Shown here: piece after piece, positions 26,125-39,146 of the stretch
Layout of the letters: every line of letters starts with the position of its first letter
How positions within the stretch are numbered: the first letter of the stretch is position 1
Assembly: GCA_002269645.1 (NCBI GenBank)
Contig: NIVC01000298.1
Span: 142,971 to 206,970 of the forward strand
Direction: 5' to 3'
Origin: Macrostomum lignano
Taxonomy: Eukaryota
DNA: 64,000 bases
Notes under the pieces: generated by a model
What the model was told of the DNA's origin: nothing
The model's database searches: none
What the model saw: only the letters and a program-made list of their open reading frames with translations
Translations under genes and position numbers: made by a program

Positions 26125-26700
26125 TAAGCGATAGGGTGTGAGATCTCCTTGTAGGATTTAATCTCAGGATGTAGGATCTCATCGGAGGATGAGTCTCATG
26201 GTGTGGGATCTCAATGGAGGATTCTCATGGTGTAGGATCTCAATGGAGGATTCTCATGGTGTGGGATCTCAATGGAAGAGGATTATCATGGTGTGGGATC
26301 TCAATGGAGGATTCTCATGGTGTGGGATCTCAATGGAGAAGAATTCTCATGGTGTGGGATCTCAATGGAGGAGGATTCTCATGGTGTGGGATCTCATCGG
26401 AGGGTGATTCTCATGGTGTTGGATCTCAATGGAAGAGGATTCTCATTTCTCATGGTGTGGGATCTCAATTGAGGAGGATTCTCATGGTGTGGGATCTCAA
26501 TGGAGGAGGATTCTCATTTCTCATGGTGTGGGATCTCAATGGAGGAGGATTCTCATTTCTCATGGTGTGGGATCTCAATGGAGGAGGATTCTCATTTCTC
26601 ATGGTGTGGGATCTCAATGGAGGAGGATTCTCATGGTGTGGGATCTCAACGGAGGATGATTCTCATGGTGTGAGATCTCATCGGAGGATGATTCTCATGA
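26125..26700. repeat. ~27-37-bp minisatellite with core ATGGTGTGGGATCTCAATGGAGGAGGATTCTC
   Basis: Tandem units upstream of the 26838 gene; related arrays at 28742-29320, 44195-44505 and about 22098-22170. Confidence 0.9.
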
Positions 26701-26837
26701 TGTTCTTTTTTGCTAAAAGAAAAATAATTTGTGTAGCTAGTGCATTTTGCGTCAAGCTTTTAGAGATGTTCCAAGAAACATCAGTTCACACTATAATGCA
26801 AGCATTTCTTCTTTGATTTGCATGCCAGCAAGCAAAT

Positions 26838-27902
26838 ATGAAAGCAGGTTTGCTTTCTCTGGCTGTGATTGTACCGTTGTGGTTTTCCATCAACCCAGAG
26901 GCCAGAACCATGGGCGATTGGCCTCCAAAATGTGAGCCAGGCAGATACCCTGACATGAGCACCCATGACTGCAAACTGTGTCCTACTCTTGACCGGTGCC
27001 GCAGCAATCCCACAGTGAGGCACGAGTGCAGGCGGACCTTTGTCCGCAAATACTGCAAGTTCACCTTGGATGAGCTGCAGCCGCGGATGGCTGGAACCAT
27101 CGAGGCCTCTGTTGAACCAGCTGAAGCCGCTGCTAATAAACCTATTGGTAGTACTGCGAAACCATCTGGTAGTATTGATAAATCTGCTAGTACTGCCGAT
27201 AAATCTGCTGAGACTGCCGATAAATTTGCTGGAACTGCCGATAAATCTGCTGGTACTGCCGATAAATCTGCTGGAACTGCCGATAAATCTGCTGGCACTG
27301 CCGATAAATCTGCTGGTACTGCCGATAAATCTGCTGGTACTGCCGATAAATCTGCTGGAACTGCCGATAAATCTGCTGGCACTGCCGATAAATCTGCTGG
27401 TACTGCCGATAAATCTGCTGGTACTGCCGATAAATCTGCTGGTACTGCCGATAAATCTGCTGGTACTGCCGATAAATCTGCTGGCACTGCCGATAAATCT
27501 GCCATTCCGCTCTACGCAAAGATACTGATTGGTTTGATGGTACCAATAGTGATCCTTCTCACTGCCATCCTGATTGCTATCCTAGTCTTCTACTATCAAT
27601 GGTGGAAGAACAATAAACAGAAGCAGAAATTTCAACAGAAGCTGAAACAGGCTTCAAGTCTGTCTACCAACAGCCTGCAGCGCTCCTCTGGCAACCGTAA
27701 GAGAACTCCATCTTCCACTAGTGAGTTGCCGAAGAATGAGCTAGACAACTTGATGCCGTCTGATGATAATCAAAGGAATGGCGGTGATGAGTCATCTAAC
27801 ATGCTGTCATCTAATGATCTTCAAAGGAATGGCGGCGATGAGTCATCTAACATAAAGTTACAACTGGATTCTGATGAAATCATGTTAAGTACCGAAGTGT
27901 AG
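26838..27902 (+). CDS. TNFR-like paralog (type C) with about 15 TADKSAG heptad repeats in the stalk; tail ends in STEV
   Basis: Signal peptide; C-x12-C-x2-C-x5-C-x9-C-x8-C; 21-bp coding repeat at about 27191-27503; TM ILIGLMVPIVILLTAILIAILVFYY; intact ORF. Confidence 0.88.
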   Translation: MKAGLLSLAVIVPLWFSINPEARTMGDWPPKCEPGRYPDMSTHDCKLCPTLDRCRSNPTVRHECRRTFVRKYCKFTLDELQPRMAGTIEASVEPAEAAANKPIGSTAKPSGSIDKSASTADKSAETADKFAGTADKSAGTADKSAGTADKSAGTADKSAGTADKSAGTADKSAGTADKSAGTADKSAGTADKSAGTADKSAGTADKSAGTADKSAGTADKSAIPLYAKILIGLMVPIVILLTAILIAILVFYYQWWKNNKQKQKFQQKLKQASSLSTNSLQRSSGNRKRTPSSTSELPKNELDNLMPSDDNQRNGGDESSNMLSSNDLQRNGGDESSNIKLQLDSDEIMLSTEV

Positions 27903-28741
27903 ATTTATTAAAATAACGTTGACTTCTTTCACATTCCATAACTTTACGACCATGAGAAACCCAACATGGCTTGTACCTTAAAAATTGTTTTCGATGTGCA
28001 AAAACAATATTTTCTTTTAGATAAAAAATTGTACACTTACGCTTACAGATTTACTAGTAGTAAATATTTTTGTTCCGATCTGTCTTTTACCGGTACGAGC
28101 GTATAATGTACTCGATTTTTTACAATGCAGTTTGCGCCGCTTCCTATAAAAATATTTTTTAACTTTAAAACTTTAATAGTGTAATTACTTTAACATGAAA
28201 ATATTTTGAGTTGATTTTTTCTACAATCACAAAGCTGAGTTGGTTGTGCACTCATTACGCAAGTACATTTAGTTATATTTTTTGATTTTATTTTATCACG
28301 TTTCTTTCTTTTTCTGCCTTTATTGTTTTTTCTGCATAAAATAGCTTATATATAGAGTCTCAAAATAAGTGAATAAAGTAATAAATGTTAATCAAAATTC
28401 TTCTATGAATTACCTACGATATTATTAAAGTTAAGCACTTTAAAGATCAAGTTACCTAAATTATGTAGACCACGTTATCCGTATGAAACTGCCTTAAGAT
28501 GTCATTCCCTATTTTAACAAAACTGACACAAGCAACACTTTCCTCTTTTTACTGTTTTATTACTTCCAGTGTTTTAAACAACTCATAATCTGGAAAGTAT
28601 TATCGCAAATTATTATTTTATACTTATCAAATAATAAATAAATATATCTATCCAGTCGTGCATGAGCAGCAACCAAATTACTATCATTCGTGATGTGTTT
28701 ATCGTGTTTATTAATTATTAATTTGAAGAACATTGGAGTTT

Positions 28742-29320
28742 TGGTGTGAGATCTCATCGGTGGATGATTCTCATGGTGTGAGATCTCATTGGATGCTGAT
28801 TCTCATGGTGTGAGATCTCATTGGATGCTGATTCTCATTGTGTGAGATTTCATTGGATGCTGATTCTCATGGTGTGAGATCTCATTGAATGCTGATTCTC
28901 ATGGTGTAAGATCTCTTCGGTAGATGATTCTCATGGTGTGAGATCTCATTGAATGCTGATTCTCATGGTGTAAGATCTCTTCGGTAGATGATTCTCATGG
29001 TGTGAGATCTCATTGGATGCTGATTCTCGTGGTGCGAGGTCTCATTGGATGTTGATTTTCATGGTGTGAGATCTCATTGGATGCTGATTCTCATGGTGTG
29101 AGATCTCATTGGATGCTGATTCTCGTGGTGCGAGGTCTCATTGGATGTTGATTTTCATGGTGTGAAATCTCGTTGGATGCTGATTCTCATGGTGTGAGAT
29201 CTCACCGGAGAATGATTCTTATGGTGTGGGATCTCACCGGAGAATGATTCTTATGGTGTGGGATCTCACCGGAGAATGATTCTTATGGTGTGAGATCTCA
29301 TCGGAGGATGATTCTCATTG
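28742..29320. repeat. ~29-bp minisatellite (ATGGTGTGAGATCTCATTGGATGCTGATTCTC)n
   Basis: Tandem units upstream of the 29568 gene. Confidence 0.9.
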
Positions 29321-29567
29321 TGCAGGTAAAAATGCACACGATTTTTACTATTGCTAGTAATTGGTTAGCAAAATAGGTTTTAGTGACAATAAGACAGGCA
29401 AGTCATACCTGAAAGTGAAAATAGAAAGTGGTGCTATTTTTGCTGAAAGAAAAGGAATTTCTATAGCCAGTGTATTTTGCGCAAAGCTTTTAGGAATTTT
29501 TTCCAAGAAACATCACTTCAAACTAATGAAAGCATTTCTTCTTTTATTTGCATGCAAACAAACAAAC

Positions 29568-30455
29568 ATGAAGGCAATTTTGCTTTCTCTAGCTATGATT
29601 GTACTGTTATGGTTGTCCGTCAACCCAGAAGCCAGAACCATGGGTAATTGGCCTCCAAAGTGTCAGCCAGGCGAATACCCTGACATGAGCACCCATGACT
29701 GCAAGCGCTGTCCTAGCCTTGACCGGTGTCGCAGCAATCCCACTGTAGGACATGAGTGCAGACGGAGCCATGTTCGTGAATACTGCAAGTTCACCTTGGA
29801 TGAGCTGCAGCCGCGGATGGCTGGCACCAGCGACGCCTCTGTTGAACCAACTAAAGAGGCTGCTATCCAATCCACGACAGAAATGCCTGGTTCTACTGAT
29901 AGACCGGCTGGTTCTACTGATAGACCGGCTAGTTCTACTAATAGACCGGCTGGTTCTGCTGGTAGACCGGTTGGTTCTGCTGGTAGACCGGTTGGTTCTG
30001 CTGGTAGACCGGTTGGTTCTGCTGGTAGACCGGTTGGTTCTGCTGGTAGACCGGTTGGTTCTGCTGGTAGACCGGTTGGTTGTACTGATAAGCCTGCTGG
30101 TTTTTCCTTTCCGGTCTACGAAAAGATAAAAATTGGTTTGGGCGTACTAATAATGATCCTTCTGATGCTCATCCTAATTTCTTTCCTCGCCTTCTTCTAC
30201 AAATGGTCAAAGAACAATAAACAAAAGCAGAAGTTTCAACAGCAACTGAAACAGGCTTCAAATCTGTCTACCAAAAGACTACAGCGTTCCGCTGGAAACC
30301 GTAAGAGAACTCCATCCTCAAATAGTGAGTTGCCAAGCCATGAGCTAGAAAATTTGATGCCGTCTGATGATAATCAAACGAATGTCGGCTATGAGTCATC
30401 TAAGATTAAAGAACAACCGTATTCTAAGGAAGACATCCTGACAACTGCGTTGTAA
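29568..30455 (+). CDS. TNFR-like paralog (type C) with about 10 STDRPAG/SAGRPVG heptads; tail ends in TTAL
   Basis: Tandem duplicate of 26838. Start taken at MKAILL by homology, not at the ORF-track start of 29361. Confidence 0.88.
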   Translation: MKAILLSLAMIVLLWLSVNPEARTMGNWPPKCQPGEYPDMSTHDCKRCPSLDRCRSNPTVGHECRRSHVREYCKFTLDELQPRMAGTSDASVEPTKEAAIQSTTEMPGSTDRPAGSTDRPASSTNRPAGSAGRPVGSAGRPVGSAGRPVGSAGRPVGSAGRPVGSAGRPVGCTDKPAGFSFPVYEKIKIGLGVLIMILLMLILISFLAFFYKWSKNNKQKQKFQQQLKQASNLSTKRLQRSAGNRKRTPSSNSELPSHELENLMPSDDNQTNVGYESSKIKEQPYSKEDILTTAL

Positions 30456-31146
30456 CTGTAAATTTATTGAATAAGACCCCCGTCGAGGGCTAGAACTTGT
30501 TGACTGGTTCAATAACTTTGCAACCATGAGAAACCTATTGTGGTACCAACAGCATGGCTTGGACCTTAAATCAGAATTATTTTCTGGCGTCCCAATACAA
30601 TTTTTTTAACAATCTTTTTGAAATAACAACTTTTATACACTTATAGATTTGGTAGGTGGATATTTTTTGTTCTAATCTGTTTTTACCGGTTTAATAAAAT
30701 AGAATTTTTGCAATACAATTCGCCACGCTTGCTAAAACAATCTTTTTAACAAAAAAAAATTTTTTTAATATTGTCTAAATATTTTACTTCAAAATCTCCA
30801 CTTGTACCAAAATCGAAGGCTGTTAATCATATTTATTCCAAAATTCTAAAGTACACGTACTTGTCATTTTATTTTTTGGAATCACGTTTTATTGTGTCTT
30901 TAATGTTTTTCTCTGTGCAAAAAATCTTATAGAATAGCTTAGTCGATTAGTTATTTGACTAGTTATTGCAACAATTGAGTTTTAAAATTTAGAAATTGGG
31001 TAATGAGTTTTAATCGAATTGTGTTCCTATTTTATATAGTGTTATTATTAAGTTAACCACTTTAAAGATTAAATAAACTTCCTAGATAGGTACGTTTTCT
31101 GTGATAATGAACAAATATATCTATCAGGGTGCGCGAAGAAGGGCAG

Positions 31147-31817
<671 letters not shown>

Positions 31818-31849
31818 CATGAAACAAGACAGATTTCATCAAATTTCAG

Positions 31850-32224
31850 ATGGTAAAGGCAATTCAGTTGCTCGCTATATTTATTCTGGTGCTGCCCATG
31901 CCGGCAGATCCCCTGCCTGCCTGTCCGCCTGGCAAATATCGCCACCCTGGAGCCAACGATTGCAGGCTCTGTCCGAGCCTTTCACTGTGCCGCTCTGACG
32001 AAGCCTGGGCAGCCAGGTGCGAGTGGCAGTCGATTAAGTCGGCTTGCTCGCAATTTTGGGGAAATAATCAGCCGCCTAATCCCGCTGAGAATGCGCCAGG
32101 TAACGGCTCTGACACCAGTGGCGTTGCTGTGAGCAATAGTTCTAGCGACTTCAGTGCTACTACTAAACCATCAAATGAAGGTGCGGCTGGCAAAGTAGAT
32201 CCTTGGATTTTAGGTGTAATTTAA
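31850..32224 (+). CDS. TNFR-like paralog (type A, stalk Y) with a stop inside the TM; predicted secreted, or a pseudogene
   Basis: TAA after DPWILGVI. The frame continues FFCSIVIAVLSCVIAKMRR...FIDK* to 32425, homologous to T1 tails. Confidence 0.8.
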   Translation: MVKAIQLLAIFILVLPMPADPLPACPPGKYRHPGANDCRLCPSLSLCRSDEAWAARCEWQSIKSACSQFWGNNQPPNPAENAPGNGSDTSGVAVSNSSSDFSATTKPSNEGAAGKVDPWILGVI

Positions 32225-33181
32225 TTCTTTTGCTCTATCGTTATTGCCGTCCTATCGTGCGTTATTGCCAAAATGCGCAGAAATTCTGGCACTGCAGATG
32301 AATCCGGTACAGAGAACCAAAGCAAATTTATTGAAGGCGAAAATTCTGTAGGCCAGCTCCTGACCGGTGACAAGCAGACTGGTTCCACAGATGCCGAAGA
32401 TGCCGCTGTCTTTATTGACAAATAATCTTAATCCAACTAGCTTGATTGTGACAGCCAAACGGCTTATTAATTTAACCTATATTCGTTATTTTAGCTTGTG
32501 CTTGTTAATATATTTTATAATTGTTTTTTAGCAATTAGGGATTTTATGCTTGCAATTTTCCGATATTATTACTGTTAGTAATATGGCAATGTTAATTATT
32601 ATTGTTTTGCTTGCCCCGAATTTACATATACGTATTTCCTTTCATTTTTACTATAAGTAGTGCAGTTAGTTACTATCAGTTTAGGATTTTCTCTGCTTGT
32701 ATTTTTTATATTTGCTACTTACAATATGGGAGAATAAAAATTTGGATTTTTTGTCATTATTTCCTGTGAGTGTGTGATCTGGACTTTGACACACTGGCGC
32801 ACATACGTACACATAACTTTTTGTATTATCAACTGCATTCCCATAACTGGCTTTTGAGCCTATGTCTTCTTACTGCCTCTATTTTTGAGCTCATTCAGTC
32901 TTGTATTTATATAGCTTTCAATACCAGATATTAACAAATTGGTTTATCCAGCTGAAACTAGACAGAACAGTCTTTCTTACCAAACTGTGTGCTGCACGTA
33001 TTATACATATTTTTTACTTATTTTGCAATCTGTGCATTTGCGTGTTTTCGTGCATTTTGTTTTAATAAATAACTAAGCATTCCAGCTCTTGATGAAGTCC
33101 AATTTGTTTTTGTTTTATTGATTAGAAACATAATAGCTCTTTTATCACATGATTTTAGCAATAAGAAGTTGTTTGATAAAG

Positions 33182-33445
33182 TGGATTGCTAATCTATTCC
33201 CTCAGATACAAAACAGAATAGAATGGATTGCTAATCTATTCCCTCAGATACAAAACAGAATAGAATGGATGGCTAATCTATTCCCTCAGATACAAAACAG
33301 AATGGAATGGATTGCTAATCTATTCCCTTTGATATAAGACAGAATAGAATAGACTGCTAATCTATTCCCTTAGATTCAAAACAGAATGGAATGGATTGCT
33401 AATCTATTCCCTTCGATACAAAACAGAATAGAATGGATTGCTAAT
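33182..33445. repeat. 42-bp tandem repeat (TGGATTGCTAATCTATTCCCTCAGATACAAAACAGAATAGAA), about 6 copies
   Basis: Directly visible; the same motif recurs in 1-2 copies at many other sites in the cluster. Confidence 0.92.
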
Positions 33446-34400
33446 GGAATGGGCGTGCACCGCGGTTTAGGCTACTGGTTTTACACTAAGGATTTTAAGT
33501 GGATGTACTGGTTTGAGATTGGTAGATTCGCTGCCACCAGGCTTCCTGCTTCCCTAATCCTATTATTTAGTGATAAAGGAATGACTCAGGAAAACGAAAA
33601 TATTTAACAAAAAGAAAAGGTTATACAAAAAAATAGAACAGCAATGCAATGGTTATTGTGCACAAGAGTTTTAGGCATTGACTACCTGGTAGTGTACTGT
33701 CTTAGGCATTGACTACCGTCAACAGTTTTACGTATTTTCCCAATATTTCCCCGCCTCTTACCTATTCTTACTTTGGAGACTTCACGCAAGTCAGTGAACA
33801 TCTGCTTTTCCAAGCCTAAAAAAAACTAAAAATAAGTGCTTCCATTGCCTCAGCCATTGAGTAGGCTCTTACGCCACTAGTGATAAATAAAGTTCCAAGT
33901 TGGGAGTGTACTAATGTACACTGAAAGCTAAATTAGACTAAAGAGGACTGTACATCGAGCAAATGACAAATCAAAACCTACCCGGGGGACAGTGAGGGTT
34001 CGACGAACCAGTCAGGAAGCCCGTGCCCAAAAACCTGGTTAGTAAGCCCCTGTATATTAGGGTTGGTCCGAAGACCGAGAGCCGTGGCTATCAGGCTGGG
34101 GCCGACCACCCACCACCCCCGGGTACTCTTGCCAAAACAGTCTCTTATCTTTGAAGCGGCAGGAGGGCTAATCGCCGGGACTGTTTCACCCTTTGCTTCT
34201 CCAACCCGCCATTTCTATTAGGGACCGTGCCAACGGTCTCGTCCTGGTCAGACTCAGTCCTGGTTCTGGCACACTCCAGCTTTAATAGGGTCGCTGGCTG
34301 TTCGCTCAGAGGGCACTCCGAGGGGGACCGTCAGAGCACCAACTGGAATAGGTATAGGCCTGCCTTCCTATACAGCTACCCACAGCCTGTGGGTTCTGTA
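33446..34400. mobile_element. Unclassified ~950-bp insertion splitting the 42-bp array
   Basis: 42-bp units resume at 34401. The distal half is more GC-rich and ends in two hairpins; no transposase ORF or TSD. Confidence 0.5.
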
Positions 34401-34533
34401 CCTTAGATATAGAACAGAATAGAATGGATTGCTAATCTATTCCCTTAGACACAAAACAGAATAGAATGGATTGCTAATCTTTTCCTTACTATTTTTAATT
34501 TCAATTACTCAACCAATCATGCTACAGTTCCAG

Positions 34534-35265
34534 ATGTCAGCCCTAACAGTTATCCAGTCATTTATAGTGTTGACAGCAGTGCTTTGTCTCACCGCTGTGC
34601 TGCCGTTAATCAGCTGCCCAATGGGCACTTATTTCAATAAGGGCTCTACAAACAACTGTGATAAGTGCCCAAATTGGCAGCAGTGCAACTCAGAAAATAA
34701 ATTTTGGCGCGCGCAGTGCAAGCAGGAGATTATTAGAGCTGGCTGTCAGGAATTTTGGAACCAGTCTCGAGATGCTGAGATGGCTTCATTGTCTCATAAT
34801 TCCAACAGTAGCGTCAGGCAGGCTGGCAATGCATCTCATGTGAACATCACCTGTAACTGCAAGTGCCCATCAGTGACTGAAGCGCCTAATCCCGCTAAGA
34901 ATGCGCCACTTAACGGCTCCGACATCAGTGGTGTTGCTGCAAGCAATAAGTCTAGCCGTGGAGTATTTCTGCAGCCCAACGCCACCACTGAAGGATCAAA
35001 GAATGGTGCGGCTGGCAAAGTAGATCCTTGGCCAATCGTCTGGGTTTTAGGGGTATTTTCATTCGTTTGCTTAATCGTTATTGTCGTCCTATCGTGTGTT
35101 ATTTACAAACTGCGCAGAAATTCTCAACCTGCAATTGAATCCAGTGCAGACAAGCACCGCAAATTTACTACAGGCGAAAGTTGTGTATTCCACTTGCTGA
35201 CCAGACAGCAGACAGCTGGCCCCACAGATGCCGATGGTGCTGACAAAGAATCTCCATCCAAATAA
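34534..35265 (+). CDS. TNFR-like paralog (type B, X+Y, T1), intact
   Basis: TTCCAG-ATG; signal MSALTVIQSFIVLTAVLCLTA; CPMGTYFNK..CDKCPNWQQC...C..IIRAGC; TM DPWPIVWVLGVFSFVCLIVIVVLSCVIY. Confidence 0.88.
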   Translation: MSALTVIQSFIVLTAVLCLTAVLPLISCPMGTYFNKGSTNNCDKCPNWQQCNSENKFWRAQCKQEIIRAGCQEFWNQSRDAEMASLSHNSNSSVRQAGNASHVNITCNCKCPSVTEAPNPAKNAPLNGSDISGVAASNKSSRGVFLQPNATTEGSKNGAAGKVDPWPIVWVLGVFSFVCLIVIVVLSCVIYKLRRNSQPAIESSADKHRKFTTGESCVFHLLTRQQTAGPTDADGADKESPSK

Positions 35266-36786
35266 CTTTAATTCTGAAAGCCAAACAGCCAAACTATTTA
35301 TTAATTTAACCTAATATTTTTATTTTAACTATTGCTTCTTAATATATTTATAATAGTTTTTAGCAATTATAGATTCGGTGCTTACAAGTTTGCTTGCCCC
35401 GAATTTACAATAAGCTTATTTCCTTTCATTTTTACTATGAGTAGTGCAGTTAGTCATGTCAGTTATGATTTCCCCTGCTTAAAGTTTTCTGATATAATAA
35501 TTACTACTGTTAGTAAAGGAGAATTTTAAAATGTGGAATTTGTCATCATTTGCTCCGGATTTTCTGATGTCTGACTACTATATAGCATTGTTATTTTTAT
35601 GATTGCTTTTTGATACACACATATTTGGAACTAGCTAACAAAAATGTGCACATTGAAATTTGTAGCTCGTTTTTTAAAATGCATTCCCATAACTGGCATT
35701 TTAGTCTATGGCTTCTTACTGACGCTATTTTCAAAAGTCGTTGAATCTTTTATTTATATTTTTGTGTGCTGCTTTAGTAGCTTTCAATACTGTAATAGAT
35801 AAACTATTTGTTATATCCAGCTGAAGTTAGACAGTTGTCTTTCTTACCAACAGTTTACTACACAATATTACTCATTTTAACCTGCTTTGCAATCCGTACG
35901 TTTGTGTGCCTTTGTTTTAAATAACGAAGCTTTACAACTCTTGATAAAATCCGACTTGTTTTTGTTTTATTAATTAGAAATATAGCTCTTTTATCACATG
36001 ATTTTAGCAATAAGAAATTGCTTGATAGAGTGGATTGCTAATCTACGAGCTATACCCTCAGATACTTTCAATTATATTTTTATTCTAAAACTATAAAGAA
36101 GTTGTCGTACCCTGAAATTCACTAGTACATCTAGTTATTTTTAATTAGTACGGTATATAACCTTTGTGTGCTATTATTGTTTCTTCTGCATAAAATAAAT
36201 GATATAAAGTAGCATATTTAGTGAATAAGTAATACATTTTAATCAAAATTCTTACTAACAATTACCTACGATATTATTATTAAAGTTGAGCACTTCAAAG
36301 ATTAAATAACTACGTTTTCTGTGTGCAACTGCCTTATGATGTCATTCCCATTTTTCGACATAACTGACACCAACGACTGTTTGTTTACTGTTTTACAATT
36401 GATAGTGTTTTGAATAATTCATACTCTGAAAACAAGTATTGCAAAAAAATTATACTTATCAATAATGAACAAATATATCTATCCAGTCCTGCATGAACAG
36501 CAACCATATTTTTCATTTACTATCATTCGTGATGTGTTTATTTATTCAATTCGACTGACCTTCAAATTTTAAATCAACTATATAGGAATGTGGGAAATCT
36601 TTAGTGCGAGCTACTCTACCAGAATTATATTTTGACATTAGTGCAGGAAGCTGAAGATAATTCTTAGCGGGCGTGGAAAAATGACAGACAGACAGACAGA
36701 CAAACAGACACGGACGGACAGGCAGACACAGGAAGCAAGCATTGATAACATTCTCCATACAATTTCAGATATACGAGTAAAACGCC

Positions 36787-36963
36787 ATGCGGTTGGCAAT
36801 ATTAGTCACACTGGCGCTGGTGCTGCCGAGGCTGGCAGGTCCACTGCCTGCCTGTCCGCCTGGCCACTACCGCGACAAAGAGGGCGCTATGGATTGCAAG
36901 AATTGCCCCAGTCCAGCGCAGTGCCAATGCCAGCACAATTGTAAGCATGTACACTGTCGATAG
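36787..36963 (+). pseudogene. Second truncated 58-aa type-A paralog
   Basis: Same ORF as 17675-17851 with one R/K difference. Confidence 0.85.
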
Positions 36964-37027
36964 ATACTGCGACTTAGATAAATAAGACAACCTCTGTCTC
37001 AGTCGCAGTTGGAGTGTTTGAAACGCA

Positions 37028-37621
37028 ATGGAGCCAATCGAAGGGGAAAGAATCGGCTCAGTAGTCTATACGCACGGCGTCTGCATTTATCGGAAAGATA
37101 GAGTTAGAAATGGGACAGTCAGCTATCGCTGCACTAACAAGAACTGTCCGGGACGCGCCGTCGAGAAGGATGGTGTGCTGAGACTCATCGCGCACAACCA
37201 CGACGGTGATTCAAAGGAGAAGGAAATACTTCGGCTATGAGCCAATTTGAAGCGGAAGGCCGGTGAGAGCAGTTCATCCCTTCGTGATCTGTTTGACCGA
37301 GAGACACAGGCCAGCTCCGTCGGCAATCGGATCGGATTTGCTGAAGTGGAGTCGTCGATGTATCGACAAAGAAGACGCCTGCTGCCACCTCTTCGAAAAG
37401 CAGCTGTCGACGCGTATGCAGCAATATGCGATGCTCCAGACCGCTTCAGGTGCGTCAACAGTGTCATCATTATTCAGGGTCGTGTATCATCTGCTGATGA
37501 CGGCCATGGACTCATCTTTGCTCACCCTGACATGCTGAGTCGTCTGAGTCAGGCTACATGCTGGCACATGGATGGCACATTCAGAACCGTGCCAAATATC
37601 TTCTGGTCGAAAGGATTTTAA
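37028..37621 (+). mobile_element. MULE transposase fragment, copy 2 (CGA to TGA stop at 37238; retains WHMDGTF)
   Basis: FLYWCH-like N-terminus and the DGTF motif typical of MULE transposases. Confidence 0.85.
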
Positions 37622-38153
37622 TTCGATTTAATTCTTACAAATGCAATCGACTACTTTGTGACAGACGATGGAGCAACTTGACTGCTTTTATTTATTGCAT
37701 TGCGCGCTTGTGCCAAACTTTGACTGCGCGCTTATGCCAGTGCGGTCTTGTGATGGTGCGCGCTTATGCCAATGCTGAGCACTTTCTACCGCGCTCTTGT
37801 GCAAGTCAAAACGTGCGCGCTTATGCCTCTGCGCGCCTGTGCCAGACTTTGACATAAAATACACAGGCGCGCTTGTGCCGGTGCGCGCCTGTGCCAGACT
37901 TTGACATAAAATACACAGGCGCGCTTGTGCCGGTGCGCGCTTATGATGGCGACCCGCCGCGGCGACTCTTGCAAAGCCTGGGAAGCCAGGTGTGATAGGG
38001 CTTCCATTAAGTCTGCTTGCGCAGATTTTTGGAAAATGAAGTTTCGACTCAAAAAATGATGGAGCTGCATTGATAAAAAATGTATTTCTTGGACGATCGC
38101 TGGCGTTTTATTCCTGTTTGTTATGTTTAAAAACATTTAAACATCAAGACCGC

Positions 38154-39146
38154 TAATGGTCATTCTAAAAGTTTGTGCAATCAAGTTTTAACAAATTTCA
38201 GTAAAATCGCCCAGACAGACTATATAATGTAAAAGAATTGAAGTGCTCGTGCGAGCCCAACTTGAAATTGCAAAATGCAGATTGGCTGTCCCGTAGCTCC
38301 GCTGAGCCCTGCACCAGACCTGTGGTGCTGAGGTGGAACAGGGGTGCGGAGATGAGGTTAGTTGTCTGCTACTTGTTCACCATGTGCCTGGATAGCCTGA
38401 CTGTCAACTAACACTGCTACAGGTGCTTCATCATCCAGCATCTTCGCCCTGCACTGCTCAAAAAGCGCCAAAAGATCCTTGACGATGGCATTCTCCTTCT
38501 GCACAACAATGCCAGCCCCCTCACCAGCAAGATTGTGCAGGAGTTGCAATTAATTAGGTCCTACCCAAGGAGGCAGGCAAAAGCTGCCCCACCCACCGTA
38601 CTCACCTGACATGATCGTCCCTGTGACTACGACCTTTTTCCGAAGATGTATACTCAGCAACATCGAAAAGTCGCCATCACAGAAGATTCCGTCTGTGGTC
38701 GCCACTTTTGAGAGTGCAGGTAAAGTCTCTCAATCTTTGCGAGTGACGCAACTCCAGCTACGCCACGGCAGACTTGAGTTGAGGAATGAGTGGAGGAGCG
38801 GTGTGCGAGGGTTGGATGGATTTAAGCTACCCCGATCAGGTTTCTCGTATCTTTTATTTCAGAATAGTCCAAGAGAAACTGCTCACTGGAGCACATAGAG
38901 TGGCGACTTTTCAATGTTGCTGAGTATAGAATCGTCCTCGTTTTGACTGCTTAGACAAGCTGATTGCAGAGATAGTCCGTCTATTGAAACAACTTGGTGA
39001 CTTTAGGGGCTATTAACGGAATTTAGAAGCTTCCAGACCAATGGCAAAGTGTCATTGCATCCAGTGAATACTTTTAAAACACTGTAACTTTTCATTCACT
39101 TGTTTGCGCATAAATTCGATTGCACGAACCTTTGAAATGGCTCTGA
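38154..39146 (+). mobile_element. Deleted mariner, copy 2
   Basis: Same motifs and TIRs as 18982-19937. Confidence 0.85.
38651..38926. mobile_element. MITE nested in the mariner, TA target duplication
   Basis: TIRs TACTCAGCAACATCGAAAAGTCGCCA / TGGCGACTTTTCAATGTTGCTGAGTA, flanked by TA. The mariner coding remnant resumes after it. Confidence 0.8.
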
